In this document: positions 1-8,400 of the stretch, in pieces | How the letters are laid out: each line of letters opens with the position of its first letter | Numbering within the stretch: the first letter of the stretch is position 1 | From: Gemmatimonadota bacterium | GTDB taxonomy: Bacteria > Gemmatimonadota > Gemmatimonadetes > Gemmatimonadales > GWC2-71-9 | Direction of reading: 5' to 3' | Length of the DNA stretch: 64,000 nt | Assembly (NCBI GenBank): GCA_003221005.1 | Contig: QHTZ01000074.1 | Coordinates: forward strand, 9,088 to 73,087 | Made by a program: the position numbers and the translations under genes | The notes under the pieces: generated by a model | Databases searched by the model: none | Told to the model about the DNA's origin: nothing | Seen by the model: the letters and a program-made list of their open reading frames with translations, nothing else

Positions 1-1
1 C

Positions 2-30
2 TTGACCGCCCTCAACCCGGTTTCTATCTT
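2..30 (+). promoter_or_regulatory. candidate sigma70-type promoter upstream of smpB
   Basis: TTGACC (2-7), 17-nt spacer, TATCTT (25-30). It sits only about 11 nt before the TTG start at 42, so the leader would be very short. The window edge prevents checking further upstream. Confidence 0.25.
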
Positions 31-41
31 GGCCTGCCAGC

Positions 42-497
42 TTGGACAAGCTCTCCATCGCCCGGAATCCGCGGGCGCGACATGACTACCATCTCCTGGA
101 AACGTGGGAGGCCGGACTCGTGCTCACGGGAACGGAAGTCAAGTCGCTGCGCGCGCGGAAGGCCAGCCTGGGCGAAGCCTACGCGCACGTGCGCAACGGC
201 GAGGTGTGGCTCGAAGGCATGAACATCTCGCCGTACGCAGCCGGCAGCTACAACAACCCTCCTCCCGCCCGTTCCCGCAAGCTCCTGCTGCACAAACGCG
301 AGATCCGCAAGCTGATCGGCGGCACCACGCAGCGCGGCCTCACGCTGGTTCCTCTCGAGTTGTACTTCAAGGACGGCGTCGCCAAGGTGGCGCTCGCGCT
401 CGCGCGCGCGAAGCGCACGCATGACAAGCGCGAAGAGCTGAAGCGGCGCGCCGTGGAGCGCGAAACGGCGCGGGCGTTTCGGGGGAAGCGGTCGTGA
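42..497 (+). CDS. smpB: SsrA-binding protein SmpB
   Basis: 151-aa ORF with a TTG start. Motifs NPRARHDY, EAGLVLTGTEVKSLR and RKLLLHKREI are typical of SmpB. Confidence 0.93.
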   Translation: MDKLSIARNPRARHDYHLLETWEAGLVLTGTEVKSLRARKASLGEAYAHVRNGEVWLEGMNISPYAAGSYNNPPPARSRKLLLHKREIRKLIGGTTQRGLTLVPLELYFKDGVAKVALALARAKRTHDKREELKRRAVERETARAFRGKRS

Positions 498-1678
498 TCG
501 CGCTCGTCGCGCTGCTGCTCGCACCCGCGCAAGTGGTGATCGTCACACCCCGCGGCGAGGCCGTGGTGCCGGTGACTACGGAGCGCGGCTCGGCGGCGTT
601 GGCCGCGCCGCTGCTCGCGTGGCCCCTCGATCTCACCACAACCCTGGACGGCGCGCAGGCCACTGTAGGACTCGCGGGAACGGTGTTCGTCTTCCAGCTC
701 GGAGCGCCCTACGTGCGCACGGGCGGGGCGGTGTACGCCCTGGTGGGCGCGCCCTACGTCGCGCGCGACACGCTCTTCCTGCCGCTCGACTGGCTCGCCG
801 TGTCGCTGCCGCGGGTGCTGGGCGCGCGCTATCGCTGGGACGCGACCGCCGCGCGGCTCGAGGAGTTGCCCGAGAGCGTACCGTTCGCGAAGGCCGCGGC
901 CGCCCCAGCGGGGACGCTTGGGGCGCCGAATCAGCTGACCGGATTGCGACTGCCGCACTCCATCGTCATCGATCCTGGGCACGGCGGGGCGGATCCGGGG
1001 AACCCCGGCCTCTATTTCCCGGCGGGGCTGGTCGAGAAGGACATCACGCTGCGCGTCGCGCGGCTGTTGCGCGCGGAGCTCACCCGCCGCGGCTTGGCCG
1101 CCCGGCTGACGCGCACCTCCGACACCCTCGTCGATCTCGCTGACCGGGGCGCCTTGTGCAGCAGCGACTGCGATCTGTTCGTCAGCATCCACGTCAACGC
1201 CATGCCGCCCGGGCGCCGGCGCGACCGGGCCAGCGGCGTCGAAACTTACTTCCTGTCCGATGCGAAGACCGAGGATCAGGCGCGGGTCGCCAAGATGGAG
1301 AACGACGCGATTCGCTTCGAGACGGGCGCCTCAGGTGCGCCCACGGGCCCGGTGGGATTCATCCTCCGCGACCTGCAGCTGAACGAGTACCTGCGCGAAT
1401 CCGCCCGACTCGCCGAGCTGGTCGAGGAGCGCGTCAGCGTCGTCCACCCAGGGGGAGGCCGCGGGGTGCAGCAGGCGGGCTTCGTGGTGCTGAACACGGC
1501 ACGCCGTCCCGCCATCCTCGTCGAGACCGGCTTCGCGACCAATCGCGAGGACGCGACCTTTCTCGCGTCGGGCCTGGGCGAGCACAAGATCGCGAGCGCG
1601 ATCGCAGACGGCATCGTCGCCTACTTGCTCGAGTTCGAGCGCAAAGTCGCGGTCGCGGCCCCGCCGGGGGGCCGGTGA
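494..1678 (+). CDS. N-acetylmuramoyl-L-alanine amidase (Amidase_3 type) with N-terminal targeting/AMIN-like region
   Basis: 394-aa ORF whose GTG start overlaps the smpB stop (GTGA). Motifs IVIDPGHGGADPG, VSIHVNA and LVETGFATN match cell-wall amidases. Confidence 0.85.
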   Translation: MIALVALLLAPAQVVIVTPRGEAVVPVTTERGSAALAAPLLAWPLDLTTTLDGAQATVGLAGTVFVFQLGAPYVRTGGAVYALVGAPYVARDTLFLPLDWLAVSLPRVLGARYRWDATAARLEELPESVPFAKAAAAPAGTLGAPNQLTGLRLPHSIVIDPGHGGADPGNPGLYFPAGLVEKDITLRVARLLRAELTRRGLAARLTRTSDTLVDLADRGALCSSDCDLFVSIHVNAMPPGRRRDRASGVETYFLSDAKTEDQARVAKMENDAIRFETGASGAPTGPVGFILRDLQLNEYLRESARLAELVEERVSVVHPGGGRGVQQAGFVVLNTARRPAILVETGFATNREDATFLASGLGEHKIASAIADGIVAYLLEFERKVAVAAPPGGR

Positions 1679-3147
1679 TGCGCGCTGCGGCGGTAGGGTT
1701 GGCGGCGGCGCTCGCCGGAAGCGCGTGCGGCTACTACAACGGCATGTGGAGCGCCGACCATTTGGCCGGCCAGGCCCGGAAGCAGGAGCAGGAGGGACGG
1801 CGTGAAGAGGCGCGCGCCTCGTGGGCTCAGGCGGCGGTCAAGGCCGAGTCCGTGGTGACTCGCCACCCGCACGGCCGCTGGGCCGATGCCGCGCTCGTGC
1901 TCCAGGGTGAGGGACTCGCGAAGAGCGCGGACTGCGACCGCGCCGCCGCGCCGCTCGCCAGGGCGCTCGGGTCGGTGAAGGACACCGCGCTGCTCGAGCG
2001 GGCCGCGCTCGCCGCGGCGGAGTGCGACCTCGCGGGCCGTGACCTCGCGGCGGCAGAGCGGCTGCTCGGCCCGGTCACCCGCTCCGCTGACGGGCGGCGG
2101 GCCGCCCACGCCTGGTACTTGTCGGGCAGACTGGCCGAGCTGCGGGGCGATCGGGATGCGGCGGCGGAGCGGTATGGGCGTTCCGCCGAGCGCGCGGCGC
2201 GTCCCGCCCGCGCGCAAGTGCTGCTGGCGGCGGGCCACACCGAGGCTGGCGTCGCGCTACTCGACACGGTCGCGCACGGCGACTTCGAGGAGGAGGAGTG
2301 GGCGGGGCTGCTCGCGGACGTGAGCCGCGCGGCGAGCGCGGAGATTGCACGCCGCACGCTCGATCGCCTCCTCGCGCGTCGCCACGTTCCGGCAGGATCG
2401 CGTGCCCGGCTGCTGCTCGCGGACGCTGACCGCCTGTTTGCCGTCGGCGCGCTCGCCGCCGCCGCGGCCCGCTACGGGCAGGCGGCGGCCGCGGCGCCTG
2501 ATTCGACGGATGGCCAGAGGGGGCGCGTGGGAGAGTTGCGCGTCCTCGCGGCGCAGGCCGAAAGCCTGGCCCAGCTGCGGGCAGTCGGCGAGCGGCTGGG
2601 CGCACTGCAGACGGCGATGGGCGGTGCCGCGGCCGCCGACAGCCGCGACTTCGAGCGCCGTGTCCGCCAGGTACTCGACGCGGACAACACGGCGGACGCC
2701 GCGCTGTTTCACCGCGCCGAGCTCGTCCGGGACTCGCTCGCCGCGCCGCGCCTCGCGGCGAGCCTGTTCCTCGCGTTCGCGCGCCAGCGCACGGCGTCGC
2801 TGTTCGCGCCCAAGGCGCTGGTCGCCGCCGCCCAGCTCGCCCCCGAGCGGGCCGAGTCGGTGAGCGCCGTGTTGCAGTCGGCGTATCCTGCGTCGCCCTA
2901 CACCCTCGCGCTGCGGGGGGACGCGAGCCCAGGGTACGCGGCCGCTGAGGATTCCTTGGCCCGGGCGCTCGGCGTCGCCGTGGAGTTGCCGCCGGCGTTG
3001 CTCGGCCCGCAGGTGGCGCCGCCGGTACCGGGGCAGCGCGGCCCGCCGCTCGAGCCGCCCGCCGCCGGCCCCGCCCCCCTGCGGCCGGGGCAGCCCCGCG
3101 TCCCCGGCCGCATGCCGGAGCGCCGCGCGGAGCCGGTTCGGCAGTGA
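1678..3147 (+). CDS. Ala-rich putative lipoprotein with TPR-like helical repeats
   Basis: In-frame ATG at 1678 (TGATG overlap with the amidase stop) gives MRAAAVGLAAALAGSAC, a lipobox-like signal. The rest is Ala/Arg/Leu-rich helical repeat. The upstream part of track ORF 1156-3147 overlaps the amidase and was discarded. Confidence 0.6.
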   Translation: MRAAAVGLAAALAGSACGYYNGMWSADHLAGQARKQEQEGRREEARASWAQAAVKAESVVTRHPHGRWADAALVLQGEGLAKSADCDRAAAPLARALGSVKDTALLERAALAAAECDLAGRDLAAAERLLGPVTRSADGRRAAHAWYLSGRLAELRGDRDAAAERYGRSAERAARPARAQVLLAAGHTEAGVALLDTVAHGDFEEEEWAGLLADVSRAASAEIARRTLDRLLARRHVPAGSRARLLLADADRLFAVGALAAAAARYGQAAAAAPDSTDGQRGRVGELRVLAAQAESLAQLRAVGERLGALQTAMGGAAAADSRDFERRVRQVLDADNTADAALFHRAELVRDSLAAPRLAASLFLAFARQRTASLFAPKALVAAAQLAPERAESVSAVLQSAYPASPYTLALRGDASPGYAAAEDSLARALGVAVELPPALLGPQVAPPVPGQRGPPLEPPAAGPAPLRPGQPRVPGRMPERRAEPVRQ

Positions 3148-3983
3148 GCGCCGTCAGCGTCCTCGGCGCCACCTTCCAGAATCCCGTCCTCCTCGCCGCC
3201 GGCACCGCCGGATTCGGGCGCGAGGTACAGGACGTGATCGATCTCGAGGCCTTGGGCGGCGTGATCACCAAGGCGGTGACCCCGGAGCCCCGTCAGGGGC
3301 ACGCGCCACCGCGCGTAGCCGAGTTCGCTGGCGGCATGCTGAACGCGGTCGGTCTCGCGAATCCCGGGCTTGCGACCGTAGCCCGCGACCACCTGCCCTG
3401 GGCGGCCACGCGGTTGCGGCGCGCCCGCGTGATCGTGAACGTGGCCGGCGCCGTCGTCGAGGACTACGCGCGCGTCGTCACCGAGCTGAGCGAGGCGCCC
3501 GGCATCACGGCGTTCGAGATCAACGCGTCCTGCCCCAACACCAGCGCCGGCGGCCTCGAGTTCGGTGCCGAGCCCCGGAGCCTGGCCGAGCTGGTGCGCC
3601 GTTGCCGGCGGGCGACGACACGGCCGCTCGTGGTCAAGTTGTCGCCCGTGCTGCCCGACATCGCCGCGATGGCGGACGTGGCCAAGGCGGAGGGAGCGGA
3701 TGCGGTGAGCGTGGTCAACACGATCCCGGGGACATTGGATGGTCGGCTCGGCAACGGGATCGGGGGGGTGAGCGGGCCGGCGCTCTTGCCGATCGGGGTG
3801 CTGGCCACGCGGCGGGTGGTGGCGCGGACGGCGCTCCCCGTGATCGGGGTCGGCGGTATCCGCACGGCGAGCGACGCGCGTGCGTACCTGGCGGCGGGCG
3901 CGGCCCTCGTGGCGGTCGGCACAGCCGCGCTCGCGGATCCGCGCGTGCCCGAGCGTATCGCGCGGGAGCTGTCCCATGGCTGA
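3144..3983 (+). CDS. pyrD: dihydroorotate dehydrogenase, class 1 catalytic subunit
   Basis: 279 aa. Motifs FQNPVLLAAGTAGFG, NASCPNT, GGVSGPAL and VIGVGGI. GTGA overlap with the upstream gene. Confidence 0.9.
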   Translation: MSAVSVLGATFQNPVLLAAGTAGFGREVQDVIDLEALGGVITKAVTPEPRQGHAPPRVAEFAGGMLNAVGLANPGLATVARDHLPWAATRLRRARVIVNVAGAVVEDYARVVTELSEAPGITAFEINASCPNTSAGGLEFGAEPRSLAELVRRCRRATTRPLVVKLSPVLPDIAAMADVAKAEGADAVSVVNTIPGTLDGRLGNGIGGVSGPALLPIGVLATRRVVARTALPVIGVGGIRTASDARAYLAAGAALVAVGTAALADPRVPERIARELSHG

Positions 3984-4650
3984 GCTCGTGGTGGCGCTGG
4001 ACGTGCCGAGTGCGCGGGAGGCGCTCGACCTGGCCGACCGGCTGCGCGGGTTACGGTGGGCCAAGATCGGGCCGGCCCTCTTGGTACGCGAAGGTTCGGC
4101 GGTGGTGCGGGAGCTCGCCGCTCGCGGGGTGCGCGTGTTTCTGGATCTCAAGTGGCACGACATTCCCAGCACCGTGGCCCACGCCGTGACGGCGGCGCGC
4201 GAGCTCGGCGTGGCGCTCGCGACGGTCCACTGCCTCGGCGGGCGCGCGATGCTCGAGGCGGCGGTGGCGGCGGCGGGGGACCTACCGCTGGTAGGGGTCA
4301 CCGTCCTGACCGCACACGACGCCGGCGGGTTCGAACAAGTCGTGGGTCGCGGCGTGCCCGACCTCGGCTTTGAAGCCGAGCGTCTCGGGCGGATGGCGTG
4401 CGCTGCGGGCCTGCGCGGCGTGGTTGCCTCCGGTGCTGAGCTCGCGATCCTGCGGGAGGCGCTCGGGCCGGACCCGTGGATCGTGGTCCCGGGGATTCGA
4501 CTGCCAGGCGAGCCGACAGGCGATCAGGCGCGCACGGTGAGCGCCGACGAGGCAGTCCGGCGTGGCGCGACGCATCTCGTGGTCGGTCGGCCGATCATCG
4601 CTGCCCGGGATCCGGTCGCAGCGTTCCGGCGGTTGGTGGAGGCCGTGTGA
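3976..4650 (+). CDS. pyrF: orotidine 5'-phosphate decarboxylase
   Basis: Internal ATG at 3976 gives MAELVVALDVP. Motifs FLDLKWHDIP and LVVGRPI. 8-nt overlap (ATGGCTGA) with pyrD. Confidence 0.9.
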   Translation: MAELVVALDVPSAREALDLADRLRGLRWAKIGPALLVREGSAVVRELAARGVRVFLDLKWHDIPSTVAHAVTAARELGVALATVHCLGGRAMLEAAVAAAGDLPLVGVTVLTAHDAGGFEQVVGRGVPDLGFEAERLGRMACAAGLRGVVASGAELAILREALGPDPWIVVPGIRLPGEPTGDQARTVSADEAVRRGATHLVVGRPIIAARDPVAAFRRLVEAV

Positions 4651-5054
4651 GGGCGTGCGTCCTGTTGCTGTTCTGCGTGGCTCATCCGCTCGTCGCCCAG
4701 CACGGCCTCGAGGACGCAGCGCGGGCAGCGCAGGCCGCGTGGCTCGTGCACGATCCTCAAGCCCTCGTGGGCCGGAGTGCGGCGGTCGCGCTGCAGATTC
4801 CGGGGACGAATCCCTCGGGGCCGCTCGGGAGTGCCCAGGCGGTCGAGCTGTTACGCCGCTATCTGCGCTCGGCCAGCGAGCGGTCCGTGACAGTGCGGAG
4901 CGTGCGCGAGGTGGCGCCGGGGAGCGGGTTCGTGGAGCTCGAGCGCGAGTACGCAGTGCTCGGCACGAAGGATGTGCGACGAGAGACGCTCTTCCTTCGG
5001 TTTCGGGCGACGGGGGGTCGCTGGGAGCTGACTGAGGTGCGCAGCGCCCCCTAA
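4647..5054 (+). CDS. small secreted hypothetical protein
   Basis: GTG at 4647 forms a GTGA overlap with the pyrF stop. Signal-like N-terminus VRACVLLLFCVAHPLVAQ, about 135 aa. The layout resembles DUF4783-type proteins from memory only. Confidence 0.6.
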   Translation: MRACVLLLFCVAHPLVAQHGLEDAARAAQAAWLVHDPQALVGRSAAVALQIPGTNPSGPLGSAQAVELLRRYLRSASERSVTVRSVREVAPGSGFVELEREYAVLGTKDVRRETLFLRFRATGGRWELTEVRSAP

Positions 5055-5057
5055 TCG
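5047..5057. repeat. left direct repeat (putative target-site duplication) CCCCCTAATCG
   Basis: Identical 11-mer occurs again at 5722-5732. It includes the TAA stop (5052-5054) of the upstream gene. Confidence 0.7.
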
Positions 5058-5145
5058 GTAGTGGGTGTTTGACCCTCATGCTTGACCGTTCTGGCATGAT
5101 TCTTGGGCCTTGCATTCTTGCGCTGATACGCGTAGCCTTGCGGCT

Positions 5146-5379
5146 ATGCCTAAACGGTCAAGCACCCCCCCGGGGGACGAGAATAAGGCTGCCCTAGAAG
5201 CCATTGCCCGTCTTACGGGTTCGACGCCAGAGGAACTGGAAGGTAAGAATCCTGCGGCCGTGGCCTTGGGTAGAATGGGCGGTAAGAAGGGCGGACCTGC
5301 GCGCGCCAAGAAATTGAGCGCACAGCGGCGCAAACAGATTGCCCGAGACGCTGCACGGGCTCGTTGGCGTTCCAGATAG
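5146..5379 (+). CDS. small basic hypothetical protein carried on the insertion
   Basis: 78 aa from ATG 5146 (TTG 5110 is also possible). The C-terminal half is very basic: AVALGRMGGKKGGPARAKKLSAQRRKQIARDAARARW. No function can be assigned. Confidence 0.45.
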   Translation: MPKRSSTPPGDENKAALEAIARLTGSTPEELEGKNPAAVALGRMGGKKGGPARAKKLSAQRRKQIARDAARARWRSR

Positions 5380-5385
5380 GCTCGT

Positions 5386-5490
5386 ATGCCTTTGCAATTG
5401 CCCGTCCCGAATCGGATCGTCGAGGAACACCTCGACGAACTGGCGCGACGACTAGAAGCCGTGATGGAAGCGGACGTGCTCGCGTTCATT
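5386..5490 (+). pseudogene. truncated N-terminal gene fragment
   Basis: The first ~35 codons (MPLQLPVPNRIVEEHLDELARRLEAVMEADVLAFI) look like a genuine N-terminus. The frame then degenerates into R/G/P-rich sequence. Family cannot be assigned by eye. Confidence 0.4.
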
Positions 5491-5523
5491 CGCCGACTCC
5501 GCGGCCAGGGAGGCGGTCCCGGT

Positions 5524-5707
5524 CATAATCTGGTTCGGCCTTTCACCAGAAGGCTTGAACGGACCAAAACTGCCACGCCGCCGCTGCCCCAAAAGCGGTC
5601 TCGTCGCTACAGGCAGACCTTGAAAAGGTCCCTAAACAGGGCTCACGGATCACGTCTGGACCGTCGCGGATGTGGTCGCCCTACTCGACCAGAATTTGGT
5701 CGCTTGA
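5524..5707 (+). pseudogene. transposase C-terminal remnant (frameshifted)
   Basis: One frame reads FTRRLERT...RYRQTLKRSLNRAHG. After stop TAA 5633-5635 and a frame change it reads TGLTDHVWTVADVVALLDQNLVA-stop (5636-5707). This resembles the conserved tail FSKKLEN...R.H.TL..TPAMAAGLTDHVW of a DDE transposase family as I remember it (possibly IS1595/ISXO2-like; unverified). Confidence 0.45.
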
Positions 5708-5721
5708 AATTGACCCACTAC

Positions 5722-5732
5722 CCCCCTAATCG
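5722..5732. repeat. right direct repeat (putative target-site duplication) CCCCCTAATCG
   Basis: Identical to 5047-5057 and directly abuts the right terminal inverted repeat. Confidence 0.7.
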
Positions 5733-5738
5733 CGCCCC

Positions 5739-5767
5739 TTGCGTGGAGTTACGGGCCCGGCTATAGT
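5739..5767 (+). promoter_or_regulatory. sigma70-type promoter of the rpmJ-rplQ ribosomal protein/rpoA operon
   Basis: TTGCGT (5739-5744), 17-nt spacer, TATAGT (5762-5767), about 40 nt upstream of the rpmJ start. Confidence 0.55.
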
Positions 5768-5806
5768 TACAGACTAGGCCGCAATCTTTCCCTGGAGACC
5801 ATTCGG

Positions 5807-5923
5807 TTGAAGGTTCGCTCGAGCGTGAAGCCGATCTGCGAGCACTGCAAGGTGATCAAGCGCCGGGGCGTGATCCGCGTCATCTGCAAGCGGAATCCCA
5901 AGCACCGGCAGCGGCAAGGGTAG
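5807..5923 (+). CDS. rpmJ: 50S ribosomal protein L36 (bL36)
   Basis: Absent from the ORF track because it is under 60 aa. TTG start at 5807 with GGAGA at 5794-5798. Translation [38 protein letters not shown], stop TAG 5921-5923. Confidence 0.9.
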   Translation: MKVRSSVKPICEHCKVIKRRGVIRVICKRNPKHRQRQG

Positions 5924-5926
5924 GGG

Positions 5927-6310
5927 ATGGCACGTATTGCGGGTGTGGACCTGCCGCGCGAAAAGAAAATCCTGTACGCCCTTCCGTACATCTACGGCAT
6001 CGGCCCGAGTAACGCCCGCAAGATCCTCGCGGAGACGGGGGTCAACGCGGACGCGCGGGTACGCGATCTGCGCGACGCCGAAGTGGCCCGGTTGCGGCAG
6101 GTGATCGAGCGGGACTACAAGGTCGAGGGCGCGCTGCGCACCGAGGTCGCGATGAACATCAAGCGGTTGATGGACATCGGGACGTATCGTGGCTCGCGCC
6201 ACCGCAAGAACCTCCCGGTGCGCGGCCAGCGCACGCATACCAACGCGCGCACCAAGAAGGGACCGCGGCGCGCGATCGCGGGCAAGAAGAAGCCCCTGCT
6301 CAAAAAGTAA
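5927..6310 (+). CDS. rpsM: 30S ribosomal protein S13 (uS13)
   Basis: 127 aa, beginning [14 protein letters not shown] with a basic C-terminus. Confidence 0.95.
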   Translation: MARIAGVDLPREKKILYALPYIYGIGPSNARKILAETGVNADARVRDLRDAEVARLRQVIERDYKVEGALRTEVAMNIKRLMDIGTYRGSRHRKNLPVRGQRTHTNARTKKGPRRAIAGKKKPLLKK

Positions 6311-6703
6311 ATGGCCCAAGCGAAGCCGGCGGGCGCCAAGCGCGCCAAGAAGGTGGTCGAGGCGGAGGGGATCGCCCACATCACCGCGACGTTCAACAAC
6401 ACGCTGATCACGATCACCGACATGCAGGGGAACGCCGTGACCTGGGGCTCCGCGGGCAAGGCCGGGTTCCAGGGCTCGAAGAAGTCCACGCCGTTCGCAG
6501 CTACGGTGGCCGCCGAGCAGGCGGCGCGCGAAGCGATCAACCTTGGCGTGCGCCGGGTCCATGTGCGCGTGCAAGGGCCGGGCTCAGGGCGCGAGTCGGC
6601 GATTCAAGCCCTCGCGACGGCCGGCCTCCAGATCCGGTCGATCCGCGACGTGACCCCGATCCCCCACAACGGCTGCCGGCCGCCCAAGAAGCGGCGGGTC
6701 TAG
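6311..6703 (+). CDS. rpsK: 30S ribosomal protein S11 (uS11)
   Basis: 130 aa with motif [24 protein letters not shown] junction with rpsM. Confidence 0.95.
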   Translation: MAQAKPAGAKRAKKVVEAEGIAHITATFNNTLITITDMQGNAVTWGSAGKAGFQGSKKSTPFAATVAAEQAAREAINLGVRRVHVRVQGPGSGRESAIQALATAGLQIRSIRDVTPIPHNGCRPPKKRRV

Positions 6704-6706
6704 GCG

Positions 6707-7342
6707 ATGGCGCGCTACACCGGTCCGGCGTGCAAGCTGTGCCGTCGTGAAGGGACGAAGCTGTTCCTCAAGGGGACGCGGTGCCTGACGGAGAAGTGCG
6801 CGGTCGAGCGGCGCGCCTACGCGCCCGGCCAGCATGGCCAGTCCGCCGGACGCCGGCGCAAGGCCTCGGAATACGCAAAGCAGTTGCGCGAGAAGCAGAA
6901 GGTGAAGCGCATCTACGGGCTGTCGGAGCGCCAGTTCCGGAACATCTTCGATCGCGTGCTCAAAGAGCCCGGCGTGACCGGCGAGGCGCTGCTCGTGGCG
7001 CTCGAAAGTCGGCTGGACAACCTGGTGTACCGCATGGGCTTCGCGGTGTCGCGCCGGCAGGCGCGCCAGCTCGTGCGGCACCGTCACATCTCCGTGAACG
7101 GGCGCACGGTGGACATCCCGTCGTACCGGGTCCGCCCTGGCGATGAGGTGAAGGTGGCGGACGCGAGCCGCGAGCTGACGCAGGTGCGTGCCGCGCTCGA
7201 GCAGTTCGGCCGGACCCAGCCGGTCACGTGGATTCAGGTGGATACCGAGAAGGCGCTCGGTCGGATGACCGAGCGGCCGAGCCGCGACGCGATTCCGATC
7301 GCGGCGCAAGAACAGTTAATCGTCGAGCTCTATTCCAAGTGA
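6707..7342 (+). CDS. rpsD: 30S ribosomal protein S4 (uS4)
   Basis: 211 aa, beginning MARYTGPACKLCRREG, with an S4 RNA-binding domain. Confidence 0.95.
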   Translation: MARYTGPACKLCRREGTKLFLKGTRCLTEKCAVERRAYAPGQHGQSAGRRRKASEYAKQLREKQKVKRIYGLSERQFRNIFDRVLKEPGVTGEALLVALESRLDNLVYRMGFAVSRRQARQLVRHRHISVNGRTVDIPSYRVRPGDEVKVADASRELTQVRAALEQFGRTQPVTWIQVDTEKALGRMTERPSRDAIPIAAQEQLIVELYSK

Positions 7343-8400
7343 TGACGACTCTCGATTTTACGGGGCTGGTGCATCCGCATCTGGTCGAAATGACCAAGCG
7401 GGAAGACAACCCGAACGCCGCCGAGTTTCGGCTCCAGCCGTTGGAGCGCGGCTACGGCTATACGCTCGGGAATTCGCTGCGCCGCATGCTGCTCTCTTCG
7501 CTGCGCGGCGCGGCCGTGTGGGCGTTCCGGCTGGACGGCGTGGTGCACGAGCACCAGACGATCCCGGGCGTCGTCGAAGACGTCCACCAGATCATCCAGC
7601 GTCTCAAGCAGCTCACCCTCGTGCTCGCGCCCGACGCCGATGAAGCCGTGCTCCACGTCAAACGGGAGAAGGCGGGTCCGGTGCACGCGCGGGATATCGA
7701 GGCGCACGGCGCCGTGACTGTCGTCAGCCCGGACCTGCTGCTGTTCACGCTGCAGGACGACCGCGAGATCTCGGGCGAGCTGTACGTCAACAAGGGCCGC
7801 GGGTACGTCGAGGCCGAGCAGCATCCGCTCGACCGCACGATGCCGGTGGACGTGGTCCGCATCGATTCGATCTACAACCCGGTGCGGCGGGCGAACTTCA
7901 CCGTCGCCGAGACGCGCGTGGGACAGCGCACCGACTACGACCGGTTGACGCTCACGGTCGAGGCCAACGGGACGATCTCGCCCGAGGACGCGGTCGCGTA
8001 TGCCGCGGCCCTGGCGCAGGAGCATTTCCGCTTCTTCGTGGACTTCGGGAAGGTGCCCATGGTAGCCGCCGCGCCGGCGGGGAACGGCGGCGCCGCGGCG
8101 AACCAGCTGAAGGAAGCGCTCGGCCGTAGCATCGACGACGTGGGCCTCTCGGTCCGGTCGGTGAACTCGCTCAAGAACTCGAACATCCGCACGCTCGCGG
8201 ACCTGGTGCAGTACCGCGAGGAGGACCTGCTGAAGGTGAAGAACGTGGGGGAGAAGGCGCTGGGCGAGATCGCGGAGCTGCTGCGACGCGAGGGACTGAA
8301 CTTCGGCATGAAGCTCGAAGAGGTGGAGGGCGAGCTGCGGGTGGTGGATCCCGGGACGCCGCCCCAGGCGCAGCCGACCGAGGGCGAAGAGGAGGAGTAG
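7342..8400 (+). CDS. rpoA: DNA-directed RNA polymerase subunit alpha
   Basis: ATG at 7342 (1-nt overlap with the rpsD stop; GTG 7339 is an alternative). Motif LQPLERGYGYTLGNSLRRMLLSS; C-terminal domain SVRSVNSLKNSNIRTLADLV. Confidence 0.93.
   Translation: MTTLDFTGLVHPHLVEMTKREDNPNAAEFRLQPLERGYGYTLGNSLRRMLLSSLRGAAVWAFRLDGVVHEHQTIPGVVEDVHQIIQRLKQLTLVLAPDADEAVLHVKREKAGPVHARDIEAHGAVTVVSPDLLLFTLQDDREISGELYVNKGRGYVEAEQHPLDRTMPVDVVRIDSIYNPVRRANFTVAETRVGQRTDYDRLTLTVEANGTISPEDAVAYAAALAQEHFRFFVDFGKVPMVAAAPAGNGGAAANQLKEALGRSIDDVGLSVRSVNSLKNSNIRTLADLVQYREEDLLKVKNVGEKALGEIAELLRREGLNFGMKLEEVEGELRVVDPGTPPQAQPTEGEEEE

Larger units (their letters stand above)
5058..5721. mobile_element. 664-bp decayed insertion element (MITE/IS remnant) with terminal inverted repeats
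   Basis: GTAGTGGGT at 5058-5066 is the exact reverse complement of ACCCACTAC at 5713-5721. Direct repeats CCCCCTAATCG sit immediately outside both ends. The interior is visibly lower in G+C than the flanks and carries a transposase-tail-like pseudogene at its right end. Confidence 0.65.

Noticed and set aside
1-41. tmRNA (ssrA) or another ncRNA next to smpB
   Set aside because: Only 41 nt are available upstream, with no tRNA-like acceptor/T-arm features. Nothing is callable.
1156-3147. N-terminally extended versions of track ORFs (1156-3147, 3880-4650, 7228-8400, 9350-10900, 10806-14180, 17511-19181, 19058-20497, 20877-22373, 22992-24089, 25196-28726, 40822-41952, 43203-44006, 50819-52633, 51682-53928, 56212-57441, 62234-63361, 62914-63894)
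   Set aside because: The extensions overlap the preceding well-supported genes and are Arg/Gly-rich. Internal ATG/GTG starts at or next to the upstream stop give N-termini matching the protein families.
2075-3271. 398-aa minus-strand ORF, and similar long antisense ORFs at 248-1192, 2898-4301 and 4282-5115
   Set aside because: The translations are extremely Arg/Pro/Ala/Gly-rich and low in complexity. They lie antisense to ORFs with clear family motifs. This is the expected stop-codon-poor antisense frame of high-GC DNA.
5386-5766. 126-aa ORF as an intact gene
   Set aside because: Only the first ~35 codons look protein-like. The rest is R/P/G-rich and crosses the right inverted repeat and direct repeat of the insertion. 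It is better explained as a truncated fragment fused to a frameshifted transposase tail.
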